Counted from the first letter of the stretch, positions 37,226 through 49,435 are shown. The stretch: 64,000 nt of DNA from Callorhinchus milii (GCF_018977255.1 NW_024704742.1:79362001-79426000), one strand, 5' to 3'. The notes: generated by a model not told the origin, from the letters alone. A program made the numbers and translations.

Positions 37226-37561
37226 GTGGAGTCCTGTAGCTCAGTGGTTAGAGCACTCGCTTTGCAAGCGAGAGACCTGAGTTCAATTCCAGGCAGGGCG
37301 AAACCTTGGGCAAGTTTCCTTACTCCACACGCCTAATAATAATAATCCCTCCAAAAAACCAAAAACAATAATTAAATTGGTCATTTTCAATCTACGACTG
37401 TTTGTGGGACATTGCTGTGCGCAATTGGCTGCCGCGTTCGCCCACAAATATACAGTCAATTCACTTTACAGTGTGTTCTGTGAAGCGCTTTGGGACGTCC
37501 TCCTGACGTGAAAAGCGCTATATCAAATGCAAGGATTATTATTATTATTATTATTATTATT
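37226..37561 (+). mobile_element. Young full-length short-form tRNA-Ala/Deu SINE with L2-type tail
   Basis: A-box TAGCTCAGTGG, anticodon arm CTCGC-TTTGCAA-GCGAG, B-box GAGTTCAATTCC, Deu 3' region, stem-loop 37484-37519, long (ATT)n tail. Confidence 0.97.
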
Positions 37562-37944
37562 GGCGGGAAGATCCTGAACCTATTCAGTGGGCTGTAAAAC
37601 AGCTGGGAGGAAAAATTATCTGTGGAGGGAAAGAAGCCAAGTTTGAACAGTTGACATATGAAGATGGATGAATCTATTTGCTTGATTACCTTTATGGAAC
37701 AGAGAGAGACTATTTTCGCTGGGGAAAAGATAAACAGAGACTCTTTGGGGTGACTGGCTATAGGGGATGTGCTTTGCAACGAACGAGGGAAACGAGGGAA
37801 TCTTTTGCATCAATCTTGGTAGTCCTGTTCTTGAGCCAGATGGACCTAAGGTACTCTAGTACACCGTTAATGACAGACAGCCAACCTGGCTTGTCATCAG
37901 GATTTGGAGTGAACTATATAGGAAGTGCAAATTTAATATGATAG

Positions 37945-38315
37945 AATAATAATCCTTGCATTTGATGCAGCGCTTCATCACCTCTTTGAGATGTCTCAAA
38001 GCGCTTCACAGAATCTACTGTAAAGTCAATTGGCTATATATTCTGTGGGCGAAACGCAGCAGTCAATTGCACACAGTAGTGTCCCTCAAACAGTCGTAGA
38101 TTGAATGACCAAATTATTATTTTTTTTGAAGGGATTATTAGCCCCGGAAAAGCAATCCGCCAATCAACTAACAACCAGGTTCTTAGTTACTGCAAGGTAA
38201 ACAGAGGCGTGTGATGTAAGGTAACTTACCTAACATTTCGCCTTGCCCAGGAATTGAACCCAGGTCCTCTCGCTTGCAAGGCGAGCGCTCTATTCACTAA
38301 GCTACAGGAATCCAC
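37945..38315 (-). mobile_element. Full-length long-form tRNA-Ala/CORE-like/Deu SINE
   Basis: Same head and tail as the short form plus an internal segment ctctgtttaccttgcagtaactaagaacctggttgttag. Confidence 0.93.
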
Positions 38316-39736
38316 ATGAGTAGAATGGGATTTTCTCACTCCACGTTTTTTCTCAAATAAATATAAGAATCTATATGGAAGTGATTCTACTCTGTCCCTT
38401 ATAACACTCAATCACTTCTTTCACCAACAAGAAGTGGGGAGGTGAGCATGGTTTCCTTGGAGCTGAATTGGTTCCGTGGTGACATTTTTAGCAACGGAAT
38501 GGCAGAGTTGAGCCCACCCTCTGTAACGGTATCAGTAGTCTAGTTACAGTTGCTGTGCCAGGCAGGTCCACGGTATTCCAATGCACTACAACACAATCTG
38601 GCTGGCTCGACGGCAGGACTTGAAAAGGTAGACAGTCACTGGGGGCAGGGACTCTTCCCACTCAGTTCCTGCTAACTTTGCAAGCCAAAGTCCTAACAGG
38701 TAGGGTAGTATCAGCTGGACAAGCAGCAGGAAAGGTTGCCAGGTAATACTCTCAATGGCAAGCTATGCAGTTTTAGCTGATTAGACTCCAGAATTACTGC
38801 AATACGCACCCTGCGGACTCCAAGCCTTGGCTCTTGCCAACGTGCGCCTTATACTCTCCAGAATTAGGGAAGCAGGATGACTCCCTCCAAGGAGAAAGTG
38901 CACATTCTGTTCCAATAAATATATCTTGAATTTTCCATGTATAAATGGGATGCATGGAACTCTCAGTTTGGTTTGGATACACTTAAGCACGCTGATGGGT
39001 TTTTGCAGGTGTCATACCTGGCTGACCAAAATAACAAAGCTCACCAACAGTATATCCTGCTCCCTCTTAAACTTGCATAGAATTATATTTAAATTATGAA
39101 GATCGCTAATGATACACAGAAGTCCATTACACACATCAATTTGACCCTCCGCTCCAAAGTAGATTTGGTCAGAGTACAGTTCCTGTGCCTTGGTGTGAGC
39201 TACTTCTTTTTTTATTGAGGACTCCTTTGTAACTCACTTTACCTTGTGCTGTCTGTTGCACATGTTCACCGCACTCTGTGTAAGGCAGTTGAGTTTAACC
39301 AGCTTGTTCAGCTCTAAGGTCTGAGTTTGAGTCCATGCACCCTTGTTGTTAAATCAATGTTCATGTCAAACACATTATTCAGATCTGGTTCACATATTCT
39401 CCTTAAAGTCTTGAAAACTCTTAATAAGATTTCTCTTGAGTCTTTCCTCAAGTGCTTTGAGATAAGATGAAAGGCTACCCCATATAAGTGCAAATCATTA
39501 CTGTTGTTTCCTGGTAGTTCAGTTGCTTAATCCCAGGTATTTTATATTGTTAATTGTTACCTGTTGCACCACCAATATGCTACAGAGAAGTTACAATGGA
39601 ATAACAGTAGAATTGGCCTGCCAGTGCCTGGCTGTTACATTAGGTTAATCTCCGACTGATTTTTTTCCTTAGTGATCTGCTGGACAAATCCACCATAGCA
39701 AATAGAAAGAGCAGGTCAACTGAAATCTCTTGCTAA

Positions 39737-39958
39737 ATAAGAACATCGGGAAATAGCAACTGGAGTAGACCATTCAGGCCACCAAGCCTGTTCCACCATA
39801 TTGTTAGATTATTCATGCCTGATCTGGATATTAATACATTTCTCTGCCCTTTTACCATATCCTTTGTTACTCCCCCTTACTATCTATTCATCTACCATCG
39901 TCTTAAATATTTAAGTTAACCCAGCATCGATAACCTTTTGGAAAAGTGAAATCCAATA
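39737..39958 (-). mobile_element. CR1 3' end
   Basis: taagaacat...ggagtagaccattcaggcc...ccatatcc, as at 49436. Confidence 0.8.
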
Positions 39959-41451
39959 GATTTTTGTTATTGGTACTAAAACCTGGGAACTTCATCTTAA
40001 ATCCCTATTTGTGTACGATGGAGTTTTAAATTTTTAGAAGCTATTTATGCCAACTAGGTAATAATCGTCTATCTGCAAAATGCAGACTGCTTAGTTTAGA
40101 CTTATGTTGTTTATCTTCTGAAACACATAAAGGAGAAATATGGGAAGCCTCGTCAGTTGCATTTCATTCAGCAAGTCAGCTTTTTGAACCCGTGTAGACA
40201 GCTAAGGCTGGTAGTCAGCAAGCAGAGATTGATATTGCTTTGGCAAGGGAAGGTGGGAAAGCGTGAGAGGAAAATAATCCATTAGGCAGCATGCAATCTT
40301 GAGCATGTTTCTGTTTTGTCTGTGTGCTAGGGAAAGCGAGGTGACTGAAACGTGAAAGAACTCACTGTCAGTTTGCATTCTGTTAAATGCTTTTACTCTT
40401 ATTACCCTGGAAGTCAATAGTGTTCTGAGAGCTTCCTCCTATGACCTTTGCGGAGATCGTGTTGCATCCTGATACATACAGCAAAATGGTAGGAAATGCT
40501 TCTTGAACAAAGATGCTCTCTTTCCCCCAGATCTGCCAATATCCTGCGCTTCTGACAGAAACAAAAATCATCACCTCAGATGATTTACTGTTTTTGTTGT
40601 GCAGATGAGATCAGGTAGGCTGGAGGGCCTTCTTTATCCAAACCAATCTTGTGATTTTGTGATCATACCAAAAGGGTGTATGATCAATGAAATTGATTTC
40701 ACTGTGGCAAAAAATGACAAACAAACAATAGTGCAAGGAAGGATATTGTAACGTAGGAGTAGTTGAAATCAGTACATTTTCTCCCCTCCTCTACCCAACC
40801 CCCCCCCCAACCCCCTATCCAATGAATAGTGGCATATTGCCACATTATTTAGATCAAATTTGAAAAGAAAAATGCATTGAACTTTTTTCAGACTATTTTT
40901 TCTGTTGCCAAGTATTGTATTGTGATGCAGAGGAGCAAATTTCATTCAAATCCAACACTCATATTGAAACCATCAAGAAATTACTAACACATGATGACTA
41001 GCTAATCAATTGCTCTCCCTTCTTAGCAACCAAGATAGAGGGATTATTCACTGGTCAATGCCATGATAATTGTGCATGATAGAACCTCATGATACAAGGC
41101 AGTATGATGGAGGGATGTTTCATCCAGTGTCACAACCAAAAATCTTCCAAAATGAATTGGTCATTCACTTCTTGGTTGTTTGTGGGTCATTGCTCAGCGC
41201 AAATTTGCTGCTTCAGTTTGGGTATAACTTCACAGTCACTACACTAAATTGTAATTATTGTGAAGTGGTTTGAGATGCTTTAAAGGATTATTATTTTTGT
41301 ATATGGTAACGATTCTATTATTATCAAAATAAAATTCCACTGCAAGTAATTAACTGAAATAGCAAATAGTATAATAGATCCCAGAGACTTTTTTGGGTAG
41401 GTGCAACTTTGGATTGTCAAAATCACCCCTAGGAAATGGAACCTTTGTTAC

Positions 41452-41452
<1 letters not shown>

Positions 41453-41486
<34 letters not shown>
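41453..41486. repeat. (AC)17 microsatellite
   Basis: Perfect dinucleotide run. Confidence 0.98.
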
Positions 41487-41490
<4 letters not shown>

Positions 41491-41649
41491 GCGTTCACAA
41501 TGGCAGGCTGCGTAGTTTTAATTGGTTAAACTCCAAAAGTACTCCAACACACACTCTGTGGTCCCCAACCCACGGCTCTTGCCAAACTGCACCTGATACT
41601 TTCCTGAAGTGCTCACTCGATTCCAGACAAAAGGAAATTCACACCCATC

Positions 41650-41957
41650 CGTCGTTTGGATGGGATATTTTAACCGAGGTTCTGTCTACCTGTTCAGATG
41701 AACATTAAAGATCCCATTGGTGCTGTTTGGAAAGAGAAGGGACTTTCTCCTGGCGCCTGGTCAACAATCCCCCAAATAAAAATTGGTGATTCATTTTATG
41801 GCTATTTGTTGGACATAGCTGTGTGCAAATTGTACTGCCGTGTTTGCCTACAAATACACAGTAACTCTATTTCAGAGTAATGCCATTGTGAAGTGCTTTG
41901 AGACATATTTTTGACGTGATAAAACAATGTAACAAATGAAAGGATTATTATTATTAT
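41650..41957 (+). mobile_element. Old Deu SINE (5'-truncated)
   Basis: taaccgaggttctgtctacctgttcagatgaacattaaagatccc...(ATT)n. Confidence 0.85.
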
Positions 41958-41980
41958 ATGTAGAACTCTCAGTTTGGTTT

Positions 41981-42186
41981 AGGTGGAACAGGCTCCCTAG
42001 GAGACGGTTGAAGTAGGAAGTGTTGATTCTTTCAAACACAGATCAGATAGCTTTCTTTTAGGAAATAACATTATGGGATATAGTACATAGATAGTTTGAC
42101 ATATGTGCATGCGACCACCAGGAAGGTGGAAGGCGAACCAGATAGACCTTGGTCCTTTTTCGTCTAGCATTTCTTATGTTCTTATG
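41981..42186 (+). mobile_element. CR1 3' end
   Basis: tggaacaggctccc (WNRLP); (TTCTTATG)n tail. Confidence 0.8.
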
Positions 42187-42259
42187 GGTACTTTTATGCA
42201 TGGTGTTGGGTTTCCAACTGTGTCAGACACCCACCCCAAAAAATTGTTACACCAAAAGT

Positions 42260-44358
42260 AGTGCAGGAAGGATATTGAAGCATTGGAGAGAGCACAGAGT
42301 AGATTTACAAGGATGTTACCAGGGATAAATGGTTACAGCAATCAAAACAGATTGGACAAGTTGGAACTTTCTTCTCTGGAGATCAAATAATTGGGAGGGG
42401 ACCTGATGGAGGTGTTTAAGGTTATGAAAGGATTCGATAAGTGGACATAAATGGGTTGTCTCCTATTCCTCTCTCATCACCACTATAACCTGCATGAAAC
42501 CAACTACCTTTTCCCTTGACCCCATCCCTACCCCTCTCCTTGCTTCACAGCTCCACGTCCTTGCCTCTCTACTGTAAGATGTCATAAACCTCTCCCCATC
42601 CTCTGGCACTGTTCCCACCTCTTTAAAAACATCCGTCATCACTCCTATCCTTAAAAAACCCTCCCTGGACTCATCCCTGCTCTCAAACTACCGCCCCATT
42701 TCCAATCTCCCTTTCCTTTCCAAGGTCCTGGAATGAGTTGTTGCTTCCCAGCTTCACACCTTCCTCTCCTGCCGCTCCCTTCAGAAAGTCCTCCAATCGG
42801 GTTTCTGTGCCACCCATATCATAGCTTTAGTCAAAGTGACAAATGACATTTTGTCCATCTGCGACCAGGGCTCCCTCTTTTTCCTCGTCCTCCTTGACCT
42901 CTCTGCTGTCTTCGATACCATTGATCACTCTAACCTCCTCCACCACCTCTCCTCTCACCTGAAACTTCATGGTTTGTCCTTGAATGGTTCAAATCCTACC
43001 TCTCACACCATCTCCACTTTATCTTCACAAACGGCTTCTCCTCTAATCCCCGCACCATCTCGCACGGCATTCCTCGGGGCTCTGCCTTGGTCACCTCCTC
43101 TTCACTATCTATATGTTCCCTCTAGGTGACATCATCCGCAAACATGGGGTCAACTTCCACATGTTGGATGACACCCAACTCTACCTCTCTACCTCCACCT
43201 TTGACTCCAGGACCACTGCTGTGCTGACAGAATGTCTGTCAGACATCAAGTCCTGGATGAGAGCTAATTTTTTTCAGTTCAACGTCAACAAGACCGAGGC
43301 TCTCCTGATTGGCACCTGTCAGCGCTTCCACATCTCTGGTGCTGACAGCATCACCATCCATGGTTGCACACTCCACCTTGCTAAGCCAGTCTGAAGTCTT
43401 GGCATCTTGTTTGACCCTCAACTTTCCTTTCCACCCCACATCCATGCCATGCCATGACTACTCTGCCTTCCCCCACCTCCGCAACATCACCTGGCTCCAC
43501 CACTTTGTCACAATGCAAACTCCCTGCTTGTCGGCCTCCCCAACTTCTCCATCCAGAACTTTGCAGCCCACGTACTCTCCCGCAACAGGCTCCGTGAAAC
43601 TATTACCCCCATTCTCGCCCAACTCCACTGGCTTCCCATTATATAGAGGATACAGTTCAAGATCCTGGTGCTCACCTTCAAAGCCCTCCATGGTCTTGAT
43701 CCCCCACTACCTCTGTGACCTCCTAACCACCTACTAACCTGACCGTTCCCTCCGTTCAGCAGGCTCCGACCTGCTTCACGTCCCCCGTCTCGCCCACCCC
43801 AACATTGATGGGTAGGCCGTCAGCCACTGTGCTCCTACCTTCTGGAACTCTATTCCAGAGTCCCTCCACCTCACCCACTCCCTTGCCTCCTTCAAAACCC
43901 ATCTCAAGACCCTCCTCTTCGACCGTGCCTTCAATCACCCTCCTTCTACCCTGCCCTCCACCCTCCCGAATCCCAACCCCCAGCTTAGTTCCGAAACACT
44001 GGCTGTTCAGGGTCCTTTGGATGTCCTCCCGACATGAAAGGCGCATACAAATGTAATTTTGTTGCTGTTGTTTCCACTTCTTGATAAGTCCAAAATGAGG
44101 GGGCATAAATATAAGATAGTCAGTAGCAGACTAAAATCCAGTTGAGGAGGAACTTCTTTATGTAGAGGGTGAGGAGAATATGGAACTATCAGACCCTGAA
44201 GCAAAGTAGATCAACATATTTAAAAGAGAAATTTGATGCATACATGAAGGAGAATAGAATAGGAGAGGGAATTAGGACAGATGGGCTCGTGTGGAGGATA
44301 AACACTGGCATAGACTAGTTGGGCCAAAGACTTTTTTCCATGCATTGCAATTCTCATG
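42260..44358 (+). mobile_element. CR1 3' fragment split by L2 (pieces 42260-42459 and 44072-44358)
   Basis: DIEALERAQSRFTRMLPG...GDLMEVFKVMKG; resumes FPLLDKSKMRGHKYKI. Confidence 0.88.
42460..44071 (+). mobile_element. 5'-truncated L2 with RT domain (decayed)
   Basis: NYRPISNLPFLSKVLE, LLDLSAVFDTIDH, DDTQLY; GTTGT at both junctions (42455-42459, 44067-44071). Confidence 0.95.
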
Positions 44359-44709
44359 GTCTGAGGGAGACTGCCAATTTCTTTCTGAGGGAGAAAAATG
44401 AGGGAGACTGAGGGAGACTGCCAGAATTTGAATGCAATTCTGCACACTGTTGTGCCACTGGGGTGTCTCCCCCCCACCACTCCCTTATTGGGAAATGGAT
44501 TGTTTTCCTGAAATTAAATGTGTTTAATTTTTGTTGCCCTGGATATCAGTGGTGCTCTGAGAGTTTATTCCTATGACCTTTGCTGCTTTCATGGCACGTC
44601 CCGATATATACAGCAACATGCCCACCACGGCCTTGGATGGCTATTCCTCTCGCCTGCAGCTAAAGAGGGCACTGCATATTTGTTTAGTTGTGTGAACATT
44701 ATGTCTCCC

Positions 44710-44962
44710 TGCATGTCCCTCAGGCCCTCTGTTCCATCATCGGTGGCCACGAAACTCCATTACTCCCTGAAACTCTGGAACACTCTTTGTCTATCCCTCC
44801 ACCTTGCCCCTTCCTTCCCCATCTTCAGGTCGTGCCTGAAGACCTTCCTATTTAACCATGCCTACACTCACCTCACCCCCACCCAGCTTGGAGTCATGCT
44901 CCGCCACTGTCACTCAGGTGCGCTCCCCTACGTGAGGGGCACTATATAAATACAAGTTGTTG
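44710..44962 (+). mobile_element. L2 3' fragment
   Basis: KLWNTLCLSLHLAPSFPIFRSCLKTFLFNHAY plus tail. Confidence 0.85.
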
Positions 44963-46447
44963 TGTGTCATCCTAACGTGAAAGTGCTATATCAAATGCAA
45001 AGATTATTATAAAATAGCATAGGAATGTCACAGCATGGAAATAAATCTTTCAGCCTAACCAGCTCATGCCTTTCTATTTTTTACTTTATACTCCACACGA
45101 GCCTCTACCGTTCTTATTCCGCTCTCCTATTCCTGTCTGACTCGTGTATGCATCAAGTTTCCTGTTATATTGATGTTATTTGGTTCAACCACAGCTTCCA
45201 GCAGTGAGTTCCACATTCTTGAATATGATTTAAAATGGATTTCTAAAAGTTCAGACATCAAAGAAGGTTTAAACGGCCTTATCTGTCTAAGTGGCGGCTG
45301 AGAAGAGTCAAACACATGCTGAATTCATGCTGTAGTGATGACAATCGATGTGCTGCTGACATCACCTGCTGCAGCCAGAAGATTGTCAGATTGCTCAGTT
45401 TAACCCCAATTTACTTTTCCTCTTTTGCACAATGAATCCTCAGCACAATGTAAACTTGCAATCAATATTGGTTGCTTAATTGGTGCAAGAACTTCATGTT
45501 TTGCCTACAAAATGCACAGTCACTTCACTTTACAGTATAAGTAATGGTAATCTTTGCAAATGACATAGTACCTTTCATGACAGAGGACATCTCAAAACTC
45601 TTTATAAGATCTTACCGTAAAGTGTAGTGGCTGTGTATTTTGTTGGCTTGTTAAGTACACTTTGCTCCATTTTAGTGGTGTTTAGGTGAAGGAATTTTGC
45701 AGTTTATCTGTTCCATAAGACTGATGCTAATAGCATGAATTTGTCTTTCACAAATTCCTGGGCCATTGTTTCAATTTTCTGCTTTAATTCTAAATCTCCT
45801 TTCTTTTATATTTCATTTCTTTTATTTATATTTGCCCTTTCTTTTATTGTGGGCATTCACTGACAAAATATACAGTTATCCTGTGAAGCGGTTGGGATAT
45901 CCTCCTGACGTGAAAGGCGCTGTATCAAATGTAAGCATTATTATTATACTACAGGTTTGCTACTTTCCTGACCAACTCTTATTTGTCCAGTTCAGTCTAA
46001 ATTGAATGGACACTGGACTGTTGGAGCTAAAAGTCTTTCAATAATACCAGCTAATTAGGAATATTGGTATGTGGATCAGAATTTGCAGTCCCCAAAGGTG
46101 CAGAGTTACAGCATTAACATCCTTTAATTAACTGAATACTGTAGCAATGGTTACAAGTAAAGCCCTCAAGGTTTTCTGTGTCCTTGCAATGTTTTCCTTC
46201 AGAACATTCAAGCAACAAGAAAGGAATGGACAGAAACAAATTATACTCTGTAGCAATGGCTCAAAGCAAAATGAAAACTATTCCAAAAGTCTGTGATTTG
46301 ATGCAACAGTAGCTGCGAGATGAGCAATGCACTTAAGTATTGCCTTGATGCTAGTTCTGTCCACATATTGCACTGAACTGTAACACATTAATAGGCCATA
46401 TGAAATTCATTTGCTTGGATTTCCTTGATGGTCTTGCTTTACGAATA

Positions 46448-46810
46448 GGAACTTTAGTAACACTCACCTCGCAAATGAGAGACCTGGGTTTGATTCTCGG
46501 GCGGGTCAGGTCAGGGCGAAACCTTAGGCAAGTTTGCTTACTCTGCATGCCTGTTTACCTAGCAGTAAGTAGGAACCTGGTTGTTAGTCGATTGGCGGAT
46601 CGCTTTTCCGGGGAAATGATTCCTTCAAACAAAAATAATAATAATAAATTTGGTCACTCAACCCATGACTGTTGTGCACAATTGGCTGCCGTGTTTCACC
46701 CACAAAACACACACTCACTCCACTTTACAGTATACTCTGTGAAGCGCTTTGAGACATCTCAAAGATGTGATAAGGCGCTATATCAAATGCAAGGATTATT
46801 ATTATTATTA
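46448..46810 (+). mobile_element. Long-form tRNA-Ala/CORE-like/Deu SINE
   Basis: accttaggcaagtttgcttactc...ctgtttacctagcagtaagtagg; Deu 3' region; (ATT)n. Confidence 0.93.
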
Positions 46811-47013
46811 ACTTATCTATTCCCATTCTCTGGAGCTCCAACCGGGAGGACTTCCGACTTGCTCCCTCCCTCATCTTATTCAAGCCTCATCTCAATACCT
46901 CCCTCACTTCATTCAAGGTTTGTCTCTACCTCTTTGATTGTGTGTTCAGTTTTAATAAGGTGCTGTAAGATTTACAACTAATTGAGAGAACATTTCATTT
47001 GATCAAACTGAGT

Positions 47014-47391
47014 TAATAATAATTCTTACATTTGGTACAGCTCCTTTCATTTCCAGAGGATGTCTAAAAGTGCTTCACATGATATACTGCAAAGTGTAGT
47101 GACTGCATTTTGTAGGCAAAATGAGACGGCTAATTTGCGCACAGCGATGTGCCACAATCAGTTTGGAAGTGAATGAGCAATTTTATATAGTAACCAGAGA
47201 AACTCCCTTTTCTTTTTAAGTAGTGCCATGGGATCTTCAACCTCCACTTGACTAGGCTGGGAGCTAGTTTAACATCTCATCCGAAGGATGGCACCTCCAA
47301 CAATACAGCACACCCGCAGCATTGCCATGCTGGATTGGAGTTTCAGCCTAGCCTATATGAGTTTGAAGTAGCTCCTGGGTTTTGAACCCTC

Positions 47392-47422
<31 letters not shown>

Positions 47423-47431
47423 AACTGAGGC
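47014..47431 (-). mobile_element. Old near-complete Deu SINE
   Basis: tagtgccatgggatctt, aacatctcatccgaaggatggcacctcc, tgactcagaggcaagagtgctaccaactgag. Confidence 0.88.
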
Positions 47432-49435
47432 AGACTATTACGCTGTTCAAGTTCAAACCCAGGTCTGGGAGTGAGGGTCCATTGTACAAAACGATTTATC
47501 CAACCAGACCCTATAGCACCATGTTTTAAGAGGAACAATGTTGCATCATAAAATAGAGAATGAGCAATTCATTTGTATTGTAAATTTGCACAAGGGAGGA
47601 AGAATGCATCTCTCCATAAATATGCTAAAGGCAAAAATTCAAAGCAACATTGAGAAGATGTTCATCATTTGACAGGTTTCATAAAACAAAGGACTTTTAA
47701 TTTGCATCAACTGGCACCCCAGCACCAAGGCAAAGAACCTAACAAAGCTCTTTGTGATTAAAAAAATGAATACTGTGCAGTGAGTCTATCTCAGAGGTTA
47801 CAGACCCATTGATTCTGTCAGTTCATGATGAATTGCTTTTACCATTAGTTATACCCTTATTAAAATTGTGACAGTTGCTGCTGACAACCCAAGAGTCATA
47901 AATTCCTTTCATGCATTTTGGGATGGGTGAAAGTAAAAATATATTTGCTCTTTCTTGCTATGCAGCATAAACAAATCGTGTTGTTATGTTGAAAACAGCA
48001 ACTGAGAAGCTCTGAAACTACCAATATGCTGGTCTATTGGGTTCTTGTTTCTAGATGTTAATGAGAAATTAGTCTTCGGAGATTCCTGGCAAGCATTCAT
48101 TTCAGACAACTACAGATAGAAATTTCACACAGTTAAACATGCTTAATGAACAGTGCAGGTACCTTTCAAAAGCATCTTCTTTGACACACTTTGTAAAATA
48201 TATACTCTTTTGTAACTAACATTTATATTTCTTCTGTTAAGCAGAATATTTTGTGCATTTTTTATTTGTGCCAAGGTCATGCTTGGAGTGCAACAAAATG
48301 ATAGCATTTCAAATTAGGAAGTCCACTGTTAACCATCTGTGGAGTGGTCTGTGTAACACATCAGTTTTCTGACAGCAGAAGGACAAATGCTATGAATCAA
48401 AGAGTGGAGTGCAGAAAAGCTGGGCAATAGAATTACCAATGTATTGAAAAACATGATGGGAATATGCTTTCCCTGGGTTAAGGAGATAATGTAAAGCCAG
48501 CAACCAAATTGCAATTAAATAATAATACATTACATACAGCAATGAGTTTGAATACATGTATTTATTGTCATCAAAAGAGCACAGCATCTGCTCCCTGTTG
48601 TGCATTATGTATTGCATCAGCAGTTCAGATGGATTAAAACGCAAGTCATAGCATCGAGAAGATGTCAGAGATAAAGATCACTCACACTAAAATCATCTTG
48701 AGCATCAGTAATTCCTCACACATCAGGTTAGTTGCAAAAAAATCACAAAAAAAATCAGTACAGGAGAATAAAATATTGCTGATATGAATCCAAATAACTC
48801 CACTCAGTAAATAGTTCTTGCACGGTAGGAATTATATCCTCCTCCAGATAATAGTATCCATCTGTTTTATTACTGTCTTCTGGAGGAGACTAATCTCCAG
48901 GCTTCAAACAGGAAATATCAAATCCATTGCAAGGAAATAGCAGAAGGAAGGTTCAGATTATCGAGCTCAAAACACCATTCATGGCTTCAGCAATGGAATG
49001 GAGAACAACATACAAACAACACAATGATACTAACTCACAAGATATTTATTGTGCTTCTGCACCACACACAAAAAAAATCAAAGGTCAAACTTAAGCAGAA
49101 TAACAGTGAGGCAAGGTACGAATTCATAGCCAGAAAGCTCCATCTGTGTTTAAAGGGACATGCATTTGCCCATACAACACAGTCACTGCACTTTACAGTA
49201 TATCATGCGAAATACTTTTCATGCACCTTCCTTACATGAAAGATGCTATATCAAATGTAAGGATTATTATTATGATATACTTCTCTGAGATATCATCAAG
49301 CCATTTTTGTAATAATAATAATCCTTGCTTTTGATATAGCATCTGATCATTTGTTATAAATTAAATTATAAATTATTCAATGTTATAAAATGGAGAAATA
49401 TGATCACCTATGTGTCTCAGTCACCCTTCATCTTT

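Larger units (their letters stand above)
38753..44620. repeat. Old tandem duplication of non-coding DNA (copy 1 38753-40488, copy 2 41498-44620)
   Basis: Colinear blocks: 38753-38865 vs 41498-41610 (86/113, no gaps), 38957-38974 vs 41963-41980 (18/18), about 38975-39018 vs 42186-42229, 40405-40488 vs 44537-44620 (64/84, no gaps). Confidence 0.88.

Noticed and set aside
37226..37300. tRNA-Ala(TGC)-like cloverleaf (also at 6516, 17544, 59627)
   Set aside because: SINE head: imperfect acceptor and T stems, no G3:U70 pair, always followed by SINE body
40405..44620. Paired 84-bp blocks as mutually exclusive exons or H/ACA snoRNAs
   Set aside because: Substitutions not biased to third positions, a stop in one copy of the best plus frame, and the hairpin register differs between copies
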